Shown piece by piece: positions 49,201 through 62,199 of a stretch of DNA of 64,000 nucleotides. The position numbers and the translations under genes are program-made. Source of the stretch: Takakia lepidozioides. Taxonomy: Eukaryota > Plantae > Bryophyta. Within the stretch, counting starts at the first letter, position 1, and every line of letters starts with the position of its first letter. A model generated the notes under the pieces. It was not told where the DNA came from and searched no databases. It saw only the letters and a list, made by a program, of their open reading frames with translations. The stretch is taken from NCBI GenBank assembly GCA_030704615.1, contig CM060731.1, forward strand, positions 56,978,001-57,042,000, in the 5' to 3' direction.

Positions 49201-52200
49201 CCTTCAAAAATTCCTTATATTATTAGGTGATTTCACAATACTCTTACTCTCTTGTGGTTGTGTATGGGTTAGCTTGTGCGTATGGTTGGGTTTTGATAAT
49301 GTAGATGCGCTTTTCTCTATTCTTAAAAAGACGCACGTTACTGCAGACCTGGACTGAGCATACTCAGAAAAACCCATGAAAGGAGTAGTGTCAAAGGTTA
49401 CAGAGTTCCTTGAACTGAGGCAGTTACGTACATTTAAAGACGATGTTTTGCCGGATAGGAAACTCTGAGTCTCAAAAGTTAATTTTTGGGGTCTACTTCC
49501 CAACGTACCAGAAACATGCTATGTTTTGATGTGATCTGAACAGAGGTGGGAGATGGAAAATGTAAGGCTGGGCACGTTGGGTGCCCACCAGCAGGACAAC
49601 GCCCTGACAGCAATATCGGCAGTTCTCTGCCTTCGATCCCAAGGTTTTTGAGTATTGAGTTGGCTTCCTACATTCCAGTTATGCATTTAAAGTGCTTGAA
49701 GAGGTTGCCTGGTCAGGAAACCTACTTTCTCAAGTTCTGAAGTGTTCACAGAGATTGTTGGCTTGGTGGCTCTTCCTTCAATTTGACAGGATTTCCTTCC
49801 AGTCTGAGATAGTCAACTCAACGATAGTGGATTTGTCTATGGCAGGATGGACTATTCCTGATTCTGCCATCCGCGCTGGCTTAGAATCTACAGTGATTCC
49901 AGGGAGATTCCAGGTGGCAACACAAGAGCAAGCTGATGCCTTGGGCTGTTGTGGGGCCAGAGTCATCCTTGATGGAGGTATTTGTTCCCTTGTTGTTGAG
50001 ATTCACAGCCATGCATTTTGCTCCACAAAGCGTGTGTGTATGGCGTTCCCCACATGGGTCTGACCTGGTTGATTGTATGTAGACTTATTGACCTGTTGTG
50101 AGGGCATAACAGCCAACATCTGCAAACATAAAGGCTTGGGCATTTGCAAGGTAGGTATCACAAAACTTAGTATTAGTCTGGGGAAATAGGTGAAGTTGTG
50201 GTTAAGCTGCAACTTGGGATCATAATTGTGCATAGCACAGATGTACAGTGAGTAGCGTTTCATTTACAGGGAGTGATCGTTGATTCAGGGCTGGCATTAA
50301 AAGTGTAGTGTTGACTACAAACAAATGAAATGAAATGAAATGAACAATTAATGTTCTAGCGATTGTCTAAGGGTGAAGGCCTCGTGCAGGTAGGCTGCCA
50401 AGCATTTTTGATCCTCATAGTGGAAGACATCAGTGAGAGTTTGGGTTCCACTGCATAAACAGTGGAATCTCCCACGGATCTCGTAGTATAGAGGGCAGTA
50501 GAAGAAGAAGTGTTCTTCAGTTTCAATTTCCTGGCTGCGCCCTATGCAAGCTGGACATAGGCGGTCCTCCCGTTGCAGGTTTTCCCATCTGCCAGTCTCT
50601 ATCCGTAGGTTGTGGGAACCCACCCTGAACCGCCCCCATGCCCTCAGGAGGGAAGGAGATAAGGATGCTGAAAGGTAATTTGGTCTCAAGATTCTATCAT
50701 CGCGGAGCACCAAGAATGTCTCTCGATAGAAGTGGAGCTTTGTTGTGAGATTGGGTAGCTTCCAAGTTCTCTTGACATGTAATTCCATAAGCTCTCTCCT
50801 AATGAGTCTGTTGCGATCATGTCTGGATGTGATGTCCACCTCATCTGGATTCATTGGTAATAGGAAAGCAGTAGAGAGTCCGTTGCGTTGAAATAAACTG
50901 TCCACTCGAGCATACCAGGAGTTCCTGAAACCTGCAGCTTTGAGCCTCATAGATGTTGTGAGGGCCCTTGCCACGAGCCCCTTGGGTGGAAGGGCCTGTA
51001 ATCTATGGAGAAAGATTGTAAGCCGGAAGAGGGCCTCGGATTGCAATGGTACACATGCGAACTCTGCACCTAGGATCTGAGATGGAGTTGTGCTCCTGGC
51101 GCCAAGCATTGCTTGGAGAAAAGATGACTGTAATGGTTCCAGATTCTTTTCCCACCAGGAGACAGGGACACCAGGTGCCCAGAACTCACAACCATAGATG
51201 GTAGCAGGGCTGACGATGGTGTCAAACAGCCACTTTTTGGTTGGGGGATGACGCAGATGTATTTGCTTGCATTTGGCCTAAAGGCGGACAGAGGCCGCCT
51301 TACCTTTAGTCAATCTGTCCAGGGCAGTGGCTGCAAAGTGAAACTTGGGGGAGTGGATAACCAGACCCAGGTACCGGTATGATTTCACAATCTCAATTTC
51401 CTGCTGGTTGAAGATGAATCAGCCTGGCCATTGAAGACCATGATCTTGGTCTTGCTAAGATTGACTTGCATCCCATAGTCCCATCCCAAACAAAGAGAGG
51501 AGGAAAAGGAAAAGGGAAACTTTAAAATAGAGAGACAGAGGCGTGCTGCTGCCACATGTGGCTGAAGCACGGTATCCTTCCACTGCTAGAATATCAGAGT
51601 AGACATCATTCATGAGAGCACTTTATATTTGAAGAATCTTACATGTGGGGTCTGGGGGCTCATGGACGGCATTAGCACACACTGAAGGATCTGCCATTGC
51701 ATTGGCGCATACACTCCGAGAGGCCTTTCCAGAGGCAGAATTAGCCCTTGTAGTAGCCATGGCTACTGACAAAGATCATTATGCATTTGCGAATGCATTG
51801 TTAAAAGGTGTGTCCGTTACCTTTACTTGCTCGTACCTCAGATTGTTCAGGGGAGGGGAGAAGGATATAGAAGATTGACTTGTACAGCTGTATGAGGATG
51901 GCTCACTTGAAAGTTCGGATTTGATGCATCTCCCGTGTATCAACTATGTATGCACTTTTGACACTGTTTAGGTGACTCTTTAAGTCTTCTATGATAATCT
52001 TGAAAGTACATGAACTTGTTTGGCATTAGTCATCATACTCAGTACCGCCAGTGACAAGGGTGGAATATTGGAGGCGACCAGACTACAAATGTTGACTTCA
52101 GAAGGATAGTTATCTGAAAGCTCTCCTTGAGGAACTCTTCCAGGTTCTGAGGAGAAACAGCTTTACTTCACAAACCCTAAGCTTGGCACACAGATTGTGC

Positions 52201-52620
52201 AAACTGTAAGAGGTGTGGTCATCATAAGCAAAGGACTGCAAAATTGTGTACCAGATGGCAGCACCTTATTTTCAAAGTTCTTGCAAATGTGCAGAGGCAA
52301 AACCAGATGTTGTTGTCACCACGAGAGTCCCTGTGGCAGGAAGCTATGACCGGTCCACCTCGGCAGCTGAATTGGCATGCGTGTGGATTAAGGCAGCTCT
52401 AACATTAAATTTAAAGGTTATTCAGAACAACAGTAAAGGCGTGGCCAAAAGGGCACGCTGGTCTGAAGGCTTGATTTTGGTTGTAGAGGTAGAGCCCATG
52501 GATGTGGCAATCAAAGAGGCAATGGCCAAATTGAATGAGAGAGTTGGGCTAACAAACAGCCGACAAGTAGTTTGTGTCACAGGATCTCTTCATGGAGTTG
52601 CAGCAGCTCTCTCTCTCTAA
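46229..52620 (+). CDS. DHFS: Dihydrofolate synthetase (FolC/FPGS family), spliced; 5' exon/start not located
   Basis: Exons ~46229-46381 ([21 protein letters not shown]), 46754-46852 ([13 protein letters not shown]), 47038-47188 (PH..ERI..LTHFE), 47407-47469 (DVAVIE), 47921-48082 ([16 protein letters not shown]), 48700-48882, 49544-49643 (GAHQQDNA), 49845-49977 (PGRFQ..ILDG), 51676-51808 (AHT..DKD), 52295-52620 (VTGSLH); internal exons have GT-AG borders. Confidence 0.9.
50326..51486 (-). mobile_element. 5'-truncated LINE (RTE-like) in a DHFS intron
   Basis: [50 protein letters not shown]; (TTCAT)n 3' tail; candidate TSD caaacaaa at 50318-25 and 51487-94. Confidence 0.88.
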
Positions 52621-55600
52621 TGACGTAACAGTCATGCTTTTGGTAATATATTCCAAGCGTGCAAAATCTCCACGACATGCCAGACCACACTGCCACAGCC
52701 ATTCCTATTGATGTGACAGAACTGATTTTACACTGCTAGTGTCATTGGTGGTTGAGGTGCACACCTGAGAAGCAGCATGCTGAAACTGAGATCCATGGTC
52801 AGCTGCTTTCAATCAAAGAAAGGTACGGATGTGGCGAATCTTGGACGTCATACCTTTTACTGATGAAGCGGAATCTCAGTTTGATTCAGTACTAGCTGAA
52901 CTTAGCCAGATGCTTGGATCATAGATGGCCAGATTTGTACAAGTGAAATTAATTGTACTAACTGCACCGAGTTTGCTGAGTTCAGGATGGGTGACTTGCA
53001 TTCTTGTTCTCTGGTAACTGGTTAGCCACAGTGCCACCCTCCAATTCTACACTATAGGAGACTAGATTCATGAAGGAGACTAGATTCATGAAGGAGACAA
53101 ATGACACCACAATCCAAAACCGTCCATCTTAACTCTGAGGCTTTGTCTGGATTCGATCAAGTGCCCCCCAGCCAAGGACGGGCTCCTCATCATTATCAGG
53201 AAAACGATTCGAGAAACGGTAAGAGAGATACTGAGATACTGTAACACTGTCTCCAAATATCTTGTTTAGCCTATTTGCGATTGACCTTCCTGGTTGGTGC
53301 AAACCAAGCTAAGCAGGGAATGGAAGTAGCTGGATGGGCCAGTATCATGCTTAACCCCCTAATGGACGAGCCCATTTTTGGTGGGTTCTCATAAGAAATT
53401 AGCCAAGAGCCAAGGGTAGCAGTTGTGAATAGGTAGCTCTACTTAACTTGTTTGGAAGTTGCTGGTGTGCCCATAACCCATAGCAGACTACTTAGTGTGC
53501 GGTGCTTTCAACAAGGAACCCTAGGCTTTCCTGGCTTTGAGGCGCCTGTCACTAGGGCGAGGGCGGTGCCCGAGGGCAAAAACCAAGGTCCAAGGGCCAG
53601 GAAAGTGGTGTGTGGAGTGTGGATCTCTGACATGCTGTAACAGCCCTCCGCCCGGATTTGGTCAGGTCTTTAGAGTCCACTTGCTGCTTGCACCATTCTT
53701 CAGGCTCTTAAGGTCCGCTCCATCTGATGCATCCATTAGAACTTCCCAAAAAGCATTGTTATCATCTTGGAAAGCTGGAAGGAACTGAGAACATGTGGTA
53801 GGGGTATATGCTTGGTTTTGGCAGCGATCATGCCTGATCTCTCTCTCAAAGGGAGGAGCCAACGACAGGTAACGGATGCAGCCGGACCCACGTGTCTCCC
53901 ATACCTGAAAACAGTTCAACAGCAGTCCGGATGTCTCTCTCTTGATTTGTGAACATTTTCATGTCAAAACATCACATCCTGGCCAGCAATTGAGGCCCCA
54001 CCAAAACATCGGCACACGCAATATTGTTGCAGATTTTGCAGTTGTTTAGAGGATTAAAAAGCAGATTTCTGTTCCTTATCAAGCCATAGCTAACTGGCTT
54101 CGAGATCTGCTGGCTGATTATGGTCTACAGCCAATCGCAGTCGATGGTACGTCCGCATTCAGACAGACTATCCATCACGTTGCTAAAGAGGCTAAAGAGG
54201 CAAGCTTTTCCTTGTGTTCCATCAGGAAGTCGTTTCTTCCTTGCGAGGAGCCGTTGAACACAGAAACCGCACGATATTTGCACATGAACGTTGCTCATGG
54301 TTGGCTGTACGGAGCCCATGCAGCACGTCTCTCACGTAAAGGTTCCTCCTTCAATTTAAACCAATCATAACCGTCCATTAAATGAAATCCAAGCCGTCCA
54401 AGCGTCAAGGCACTCAGATGGGGATACTCCCCTGGAATTCGCGGAGGCACTTGGGTTACCGCCTAGGTGCATCCCGAGGGCGATGCTCGGATGCAAATGT
54501 TCCAGAAGATTGCACATGAAAATTGCACGAAAACTGCACGTTCATGTCTCGAGTCCCTGCGTACCAGGGAGCATCTTCCAGGCTTACATTCATGAATTCC
54601 GTGCTTGAACCAGTGAGGAATTCTGAGTACGGAGTTTTGCGTGCTTAAAATTAACACGCATGGCTGCACAGAATTTAGCTTTCCTCAGTCTTTTGATATC
54701 CATCGAGCTGACTCCAGATATCTAACAAATCTGAAGGTGAAAAATGACACCAAACCGCAACATGGAATCTAAACAGACAAGAAACGACCAAAGTCAAAAC
54801 TGAACGAGCCAAGCACTGTAGAGAGACATAGCGTCAGAAGCATCACTCCACCATACCCTCGCCCACAGTGACGCTCTTCCTCGCATAGCCCACTTCAGTT
54901 CACACAACATGCTTTAGTGTTGCCTAATCGACGGATGACGCCGCACTTTCACATGCTCTTTGGTAAGCCTCATCCAGTATCACTAATCACAGCCAACCAT
55001 CACTAGTCCCGGCTACTCAGAATGTAGCAATTCTCATTGTCTTTAGATTGACATAGAATATTGTTCACCACAAGCTCATCATTGCAGCCATTCGACGACG
55101 TAACCTAACCTGACGTCCAAGTTACAATGTATCCAATGTACATGCTCATCTGCGTTGCAAAATAGGAGTAGCTGCTCAAAACGAGGTAGACTGTCCTTCA
55201 CCGCCCTCTTAAAGGGCTTTGAAAATGGTTAGGTTAGTCATCATTGCAGCATTACCAAGGGAGCATTCTCTCCATCATCAAACATTCATCCCACATGGAG
55301 ACGATGCCACTGCACCCCAAAACGGAAGCATGGCAAACAAAAGCTTGCAAGAGTCATCCAACCAGATTCTTTTGGTTTCAAAGCCAAGGAAGATTTCATG
55401 TGCTAGTTGCCTACAAAGAACCCGACCTCTCCAGAAGGTGATGAGATTCATCGCATGACCCTCAGAATGCAGCTTTTTCAATGACGTTCAGCATAAGCTC
55501 GTAGTTGCAGAATTGACAACATAACTTTTGATCACGCAAGTTCCACATACTTCCAATATCTGTGTTGTAAAGAAGGGATCAAAGGAGGGTAGCTGCTCAG

Positions 55601-56890
55601 AACATTCAGAGAATCTCTTCACCGCCCTCACTAAGGGCTTTGATGACCCTTTCATTGCAGCGTCACCAAGGGAGACCCTACAAGGTTGACATTACATTAA
55701 ACTGTACTACAGTATAATCTATAATGAAGTAACTGCTTTATGAACTTTTAACTTCACTATCCTCGTTGGAAGGCTCTGGAGAATGATGTCAAAGCAAACG
55801 CAAGTAGGAAGACTGATGTACAATTAAACGGGTCCAACTTACGTGGGGTCCTTCAGGAGCGATAGTTGCAGGATGATCAGGAATGATATCATTACTTGTG
55901 CGGCTTGTAGATGCTTCTGGTGTGAATGATGTCTGATCAACACTTGTGTAATGTTGGCTTACACTGGGCTCTCCTAGAGTTCTCCAAATGAAATTGTTCA
56001 CCGCAAGAGTGTTTGTTTCTGAATCAATGGCCCTACAAATGGAGTTTGGATCCAAGAATATAGTCCTAGTTGGACTCTCTCTTATCAGACCAGCCTCAAA
56101 CATCCTCAGCCAGCAAGTTAATAGGACTGTTTGGAGGAGTTTGAAATACATCTTCCTCCATGCCTGGTTCGAAATTGTTCAACCTCTACAGACTTGGTTT
56201 GTATATGCATCACTACACCACATAAACACAAACCACCAACCCCTACTAGACATCAGACATGCATGCAGATAGACATTGGCTCATTCCTTGACAGGAAGGT
56301 AAGTGACCTGCCCCAAAGTCTGAAAGTAGTACCATTTGACCTGGGATAAATCTAAGAGTTGAATTTGGTTGCACCCACAACTGCCATCTTACCTTACCTA
56401 AACTGACAAGACTAGGCGACTGTTCCATGTCTTTAACCTTTACATTAATCTACAGGTAGCTACATGCCTCCCTGACACCCTCAAGACATGGGCACAACAT
56501 GATACAACACCCAAAACACAGAAACAATACATACCGTGCAGAGCTTTCACCTATGAACAAATTGCCAAAGCCAAATGTAGTAGCCAAAAGGAGGCAATGC
56601 ATACCTTCCAATCATAATAAAAATGCCCAGCCACATAACCAACATAAATGCTCAGCACTTCCCTGACATCCCCAAAACAGATAAGAGAGGTTTAGGGCCA
56701 GAGGTAGCTATGTGTCCCCAAGAGCCGTGTGTCAGCATTTGATCCGTAATGGAAGATATTGTGAGAGATTGAGTATCTTGGAATAGACAATAGATTCTCC
56801 CACAGACATCATGGTAGAAAGAACAGTCAGGAAAGAAATATTCTTCACTTTCAAATTTCCCCGTTGTTGCAAAGTGCACAAGTGGTGAGG

Positions 56891-57035
56891 AAACTGCTGA
56901 GAGGAATGGGGACAGAGATAATGGGCATCCCAATTACCTGTCTGCAGCTCTATGTTTGGGGTGGGGAGGTAGGCACAAGTGTATCCAGGTAATTGGGATG
57001 CCCATTATCTCTGTCCCCATTCCTCTCAGCAGTTT
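56891..57035. repeat. Perfect 50-bp inverted repeat with 45-nt spacer
   Basis: 56891-56940 is the exact reverse complement of 56986-57035. Confidence 0.95.
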
Positions 57036-57189
57036 TTCTGCCTCCTATTTTTCATGAATTTCCAGTGGCAGCCAACCATCAATTTCAGGGTGCCCAGTCC
57101 AAAGCATTGTCATATTCGTGCTAACAATCTGGACCACGAGATAGTGGCCATTTGGGGTAAGCATGGTTGTAGAGACTAATGTGGAGGTA

Positions 57190-58280
57190 CCTAGTTAGCA
57201 GTCGTGTTCACAACGAAGCCATTGATGAGATAATGGAAGCTGTAGAGCTTGGTGTAGGTCTCAGTCTGTTGTTGCAGCAGTGTGTCGTGTTGTGCTAGTA
57301 AATGTGCCTTGTACTTGCTCACCCAAGGCTTACTGCGATCCCTGTCACTCAATATAGAAAGAATCACCTCAGAAGCGGCCCGTGCAGATTGTGGGAGACA
57401 CATGGAAAGGCCTGGAAGAAACCTTGACCACACTACAAGGCAGATCTGCACATGATTTTGCATATCATCCTAGTCTGTACCATTAGACCTCTTAACCAAG
57501 AGCTCACAAAACAGAATAAAGACAGAGAGAGATCCACAGATGCATGACCCCCAAAATAAAGATTGCCCAATATGCTCAGTGGTGAGAACACTTTTCCATC
57601 CTTCAGCAAAGTTTCTACTGCATGTGCAATGGTCAAGGCATAGAATAAACTCAGCAACATACCAAAAGTAACCTCTTTTCCAGCTAGCATCTTGGAATCA
57701 ACGTTTGCTTTCGCTGAAGGGCTGGAGCTACATCCCCAAGGCCTGTACCAAGCCAAATGCCAGAATATGCCCAATATGTTTGTTCCCTGCAAACTGATGT
57801 GTTTTGGTAAAGGCAACAGGAGTGATAAATAAACATGTTTACAACTTTCAAGGATCAGGCTGGTGTCCTACCTCATCAGTCTGACCAGAACTGTTCTCTA
57901 GTTTATTACAGGTAATTTCTCTTTGCTCTCTTCTTCAAGTGACCCGTCGGTTGGCAGTCACAGCAGAGTTAATGTCATTGGGCAGTGACATCTTTGTGAC
58001 AAACAGCTCAGCATCCATTCTCTTTTGCAGCGTCCTCTAAGCATACCCTACTCTTTGCTGGTGAGTGTTAACGACCATCCAATATGAGTCAGACTGAAAC
58101 TAAGTGTACACTACAAGAGAAAAACAGGAGACAGTGAAAAAAAAAAGTTTTGATTCTTTCAATGCAACATAGATGTAATCAAGAATGGAAGCCGAAGTGG
58201 CTTTTGCAGTGAATGTAAGCCCGGCTACCTCAAATTCTTTTTGGCCCTCGCTACTGAGCAGCAATGAGAGAGCCACCATG
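57190..58280 (-). pseudogene. Subtilisin-like protease N-terminal/I9 prodomain remnant
   Basis: YKAHLLAQHDTLL..YTKLYSFHYLINGFVV (I9 prodomain motif) at 57195-57320; hydrophobic leader plus YIYVALKE at 58150-58280; no catalytic D/H/S motifs recognised downstream. Confidence 0.55.
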
Positions 58281-60060
58281 GGCAGAGTCGCAAGACCAGG
58301 CTCCTTACGAACCAATCGAGCCAAGGCTAGAGAAGATGAGAGATCAAGCCTTGCAAGTCAACAATCACTGCCTGCACCGATACCTGGCACATTTGGCTTC
58401 TACAGGCCAGAAAGATATCTGACATTGGTGATACTAAGGCATGGCTCAGAATGTAGGAATACTTACACATTCACAAAGCTACTCTGCCCCAAGCCTTCAA
58501 GGTTACTTCCTTCCAGCTCCAGCTTGTGCGCGCTCACTATCACTGCTCGGTACTCGTCAGCTTCTTAGCTGAGACTGTGCGCAGTGGCTAGTACGCCGTC
58601 GTAGAGGAGACCAGGGTGTACGAGCATCCAAGGGATGGCGCCGCCGTGCCCAAATCGAACTGAAAATCTAAATGGCAGTACCATATTCACAGGAAACTAG
58701 TCTCCCTTTCAGATCACGACAAAGTCCAGTTCAGATCTACACCAGTATGACTGGCTCAGTAGAAGTCCATTCACACCTTTACAATTCTTTGTACACCCAG
58801 ATGGTATCACCGATTCTGGTTCCTGACAATAACCAAAGATTCGAACAGCATGCTGAACTCTATTTACAGAAGCTATGCACAGTTCCGGGGTGCCACACCC
58901 GGACCTCCCAACCGCCGCACCGTGCATTCATAATCCCTACACATATCAGTACTCGTTCGTACTTCCTGCTGAGCCCCTCAGATCCCTATCTCCTTCCTGT
59001 TTGGTTGATCTTCGTCTTCGCTCTTTCTGAGACAGGTGACCTCTTCGACGGGTAACCAACACTTGAACCTGTCGGTTTCCAGTCTCTCCCACCTGATCAA
59101 CCAACCCAGTGGCCTTTACCACCCATAAACCCGTTCAAGTTAAGCATAGTGCCATAACAGTCGGTTTGTCCTGCTTGCACGCTAAGCGTGAAGTCTGACC
59201 ATCTTGGACTGTGCCATTGTGTGTACTTAGCTTGGAAGCAATCCCTGTCTGCAAATTGGCAACTGGTACCTGCTGGGAAGTTGATGGAAAGTTGATGTCT
59301 TGTAGGATGCAGTCGAGATTCTTCTACCCTGCTTAACTAACAAATTATGAACTAGAGCTCAAGATTAAAAGGGAGCTGAATTTCCTTCGTTTTTGTCTTT
59401 TCACCTAATCTGGAGTTTGAATCCAAGATTTGGAATTGTTGGAGAACCTTTGTCTAGGTCAAGAATTCTTGAGCTTCTTGTGGGTTTTGCTCCCATTCAC
59501 ATTCACAGGAATCGCTACTATGGGGGCACCATTAGAGACCATGGATGGAGATACCGAAGGTCTGTTGCCCTTGAGGATTTCCAAGTATTTGAAAACGATG
59601 TGTGGGTGAGGCCTGGCGGACATAGCATATGGAGTCCACAGTTTTAGTGGAGATTAGAATATGGTTCAGATCTAGGTGTTTTAGATTACGACATACTCCT
59701 CACTGAGAGAGCAGAGATATTTTATACTGTTGTAAGTATTTGGGAAACTATGGTGGGTGTCGGGTGGGAAGAGAGGGCCACTGCTTTGTACGTTCCAGCG
59801 ACATTTGAGTTGGTTGATTTGGAGTTCCCAGACACAGAGACCTGTCCTGGATTTGCACGCCAACATCCTGAATTGTGGACTTGGGGTGATTGGTAGTCGA
59901 GGTAAATTCATAAGTACATTTCAGTTCCATATTGTTGCATCTCTTGCTTTGATATTGATTGATCTGCTTTCATTGAGCTTAGACTGGCTTTTGCATTCAA
60001 TGCATTTCTGGTTGAGACTATTTTTTGAACTGTATGGCAGGTAATTTTTGAGACATCAAC

Positions 60061-61115
60061 ATGGAAGAAGATTGTGAACCTGTGGACTACAGCATTCAAG
60101 ATCTAAAGTTCTTCATGGAGAAGAGGGGTTTAAGTGGAAAGGGTCACAATCCTTGTAAGCGTTTGGGTGCTTTGGTTCGTATTACTGATGAGGTAATTTC
60201 CCAAACTTTTGGGAGGAAGAGACCTAATGGATGGAAGTACAATGGGGAGCCCACTGAAATTGAGCACCAGAAGAGGGTTGAGGAGTTGTCTTTAAACTCT
60301 ATAGCAAACTGCCTATCACCAATTCCGAAATTGGTGTGTCTCTTGCAAGGGGTTATGTTGCAGAGCAGCAAGGCCTCCCAATTGATTGGGCATCGTTTGG
60401 CGTTGGGATAGCAAAGGAGTTACATCGAAGGCAGGTTCAGGCTCCAATCAAGTACACATCTACACTGAAATGTGTGAGTGTTAAGTCTGAATCCCTCAAG
60501 GTAGGGGCAACTGTGCATGATCCATGGGCCACCACGTCCCATTCTTTTACTGTTGATGAAATTGAGCAAGTGGATGAGCTGGTAGTTCTGAAGAACGAGG
60601 AGGTGATCATGATGCGTGCGAGGCTTGCAAGCCTTGAAGCACAAAAGACCCAACAAGGTAGTAAGGTGTTTAGTCTCTTGGCAACAATGGAGGACAGACA
60701 GGCAGCAGCTTGTGAAGCAATGCAGGCTCTAGAGGGAGGGGAACAAGCCTTGGAAAAGGAAAGGGTTGTTGCCAAAGAGCTGGATAACAAGTGTGCAAAG
60801 CTTGGGAATGACAAGAGTGGATTGATTGCTGAAGAGGATGTGGCTAGAGGCACTCTAACATGGACTGCTGCAATGGATGATTATGATGCTTGTATGGAAC
60901 GGGTGCATTCTTTGGAAAGGGAGAACGACTACCACAAGCAATTTGCAAACAGTCAGATGACTCGAGCTACAAGTGGAGAGCAAGCCTATGAGGTGATGTT
61001 GAAGCAGTACGAGCAAACATGTAGCGCCATTTCTACTCTCAAGGATCAGATTGTGACGGTGGGAAGGCAAGTGAATGGCCTGGCGGATCAGGTTTCAAAA
61101 ATGAGGATTGAGTGA
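60061..61115 (+). pseudogene. Unknown coiled-coil protein, frameshifted (two overlapping ORFs), probably TE-associated
   Basis: ORFs 60061..60411 and 60336..61115 join through one shift; GYVAEQQGLPIDWASF followed by a long E/K/A-rich heptad region. Confidence 0.4.
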
Positions 61116-61979
61116 ATACCTTTCACTTCCCAAGTCCTGCTTCATCTTGAGAGTGACCTCTTCATCGACCTTGTTTGCACACTCAGTGGCTAGTCGAGCC
61201 TCAAACTCCTTCCTGAGTTCCTCTCTCAAGGCTGTCAATTGGGTAATTGGAACATGGGATTTGACATAAGTCCCCAACAAATTAAGTGTCCTGCCTATGG
61301 AACTCATCAGCATTGCCTGTTGAGGGTCATCATGGTGAGGTTGCTGCTGTTCCTCCTGATCTTCAACAGTGTGATGTCTCACTAACCATTCAGGCCATTG
61401 TCCCACCGGATTTTCTTCCTGAACTACTTCATCTATCACCGGTGCTACAGTGTCATGACCTTCCGCCTGTGGTACCTCCGACACAGGTGTGTGTATTATA
61501 TGCACCTCAGGATTTCCCTTGGGCAACTGTTGCACCTCTGGGATTTCTGTCTCCTTGACCAGACCAGAATATTCATAGAGAAGGTCCCCCTTCTCTATTT
61601 CTGCCACTATCTGTTCTGTAGTTGGAATATCTAACCCTTCTCTTTCCAAATCAATTATTTCTGGTTGAGCTGCATGGATAACTTGTGACCTTGTGACAAG
61701 TCGTTCAGGTGGCTGTGATGGTTGTGATACAGAAGTAACTTCCTCCTCCCTCTCTGAAGGTCCTGCTTCCAGTAATAACATTTCTCTGTGCTGCTGTGCC
61801 CCTTCCTGGCCATGAGCTTGGGAAACATTATCATGCGGAATCTGTGAAGCCAGTGGATCCGCCACCACAGTCTTTCCCCGTCTCTGCCTCTTAGTCTCAG
61901 GTTGCCCTGCTAGTCCACCCTCACTGTGTGAAGAGCCTTGCTCTTCCATTGCAGTTGTTGCTGGCTCAAACACTCCCAT
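61095..61979 (-). CDS. Unknown acidic, low-complexity protein, probably a TE accessory ORF fragment
   Basis: 294-aa ATG-initiated ORF; NLS-like KRQRRGK, E/Q/P-rich, C-terminal helix. Confidence 0.4.
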   Translation of the reverse strand: MGVFEPATTAMEEQGSSHSEGGLAGQPETKRQRRGKTVVADPLASQIPHDNVSQAHGQEGAQQHREMLLLEAGPSEREEEVTSVSQPSQPPERLVTRSQVIHAAQPEIIDLEREGLDIPTTEQIVAEIEKGDLLYEYSGLVKETEIPEVQQLPKGNPEVHIIHTPVSEVPQAEGHDTVAPVIDEVVQEENPVGQWPEWLVRHHTVEDQEEQQQPHHDDPQQAMLMSSIGRTLNLLGTYVKSHVPITQLTALREELRKEFEARLATECANKVDEEVTLKMKQDLGSERYSLNPHF

Positions 61980-62199
61980 TTCCTTTCATTCTTGCGCATT
62001 AAGTATGCCAGAATCAAGGATTATTTGAGCAATGATTGGGCCAGACACTATTATAGGAGACTTTGCGGTAGTACCTTGTAATCTTTTCATCTCCTCTACC
62101 AGTGCGTTGTACATTATGTCCGCCCATTATACCTCTTGTCCCTTCAGGCCTTTGAGTATTTCCTCCGTGAAGGATCTGCTCAAATATGTTGGTTCTGTA

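Noticed and set aside
53057-53098. 18-bp tandem duplication ggagactagattcatgaa
   Set aside because: Ordinary slippage duplication with no further structure
53400-56450. Downstream exons of the subtilase
   Set aside because: Only vague similarity, with stops and a small duplication (55165-55262 vs 55590-55673); catalytic motifs not found
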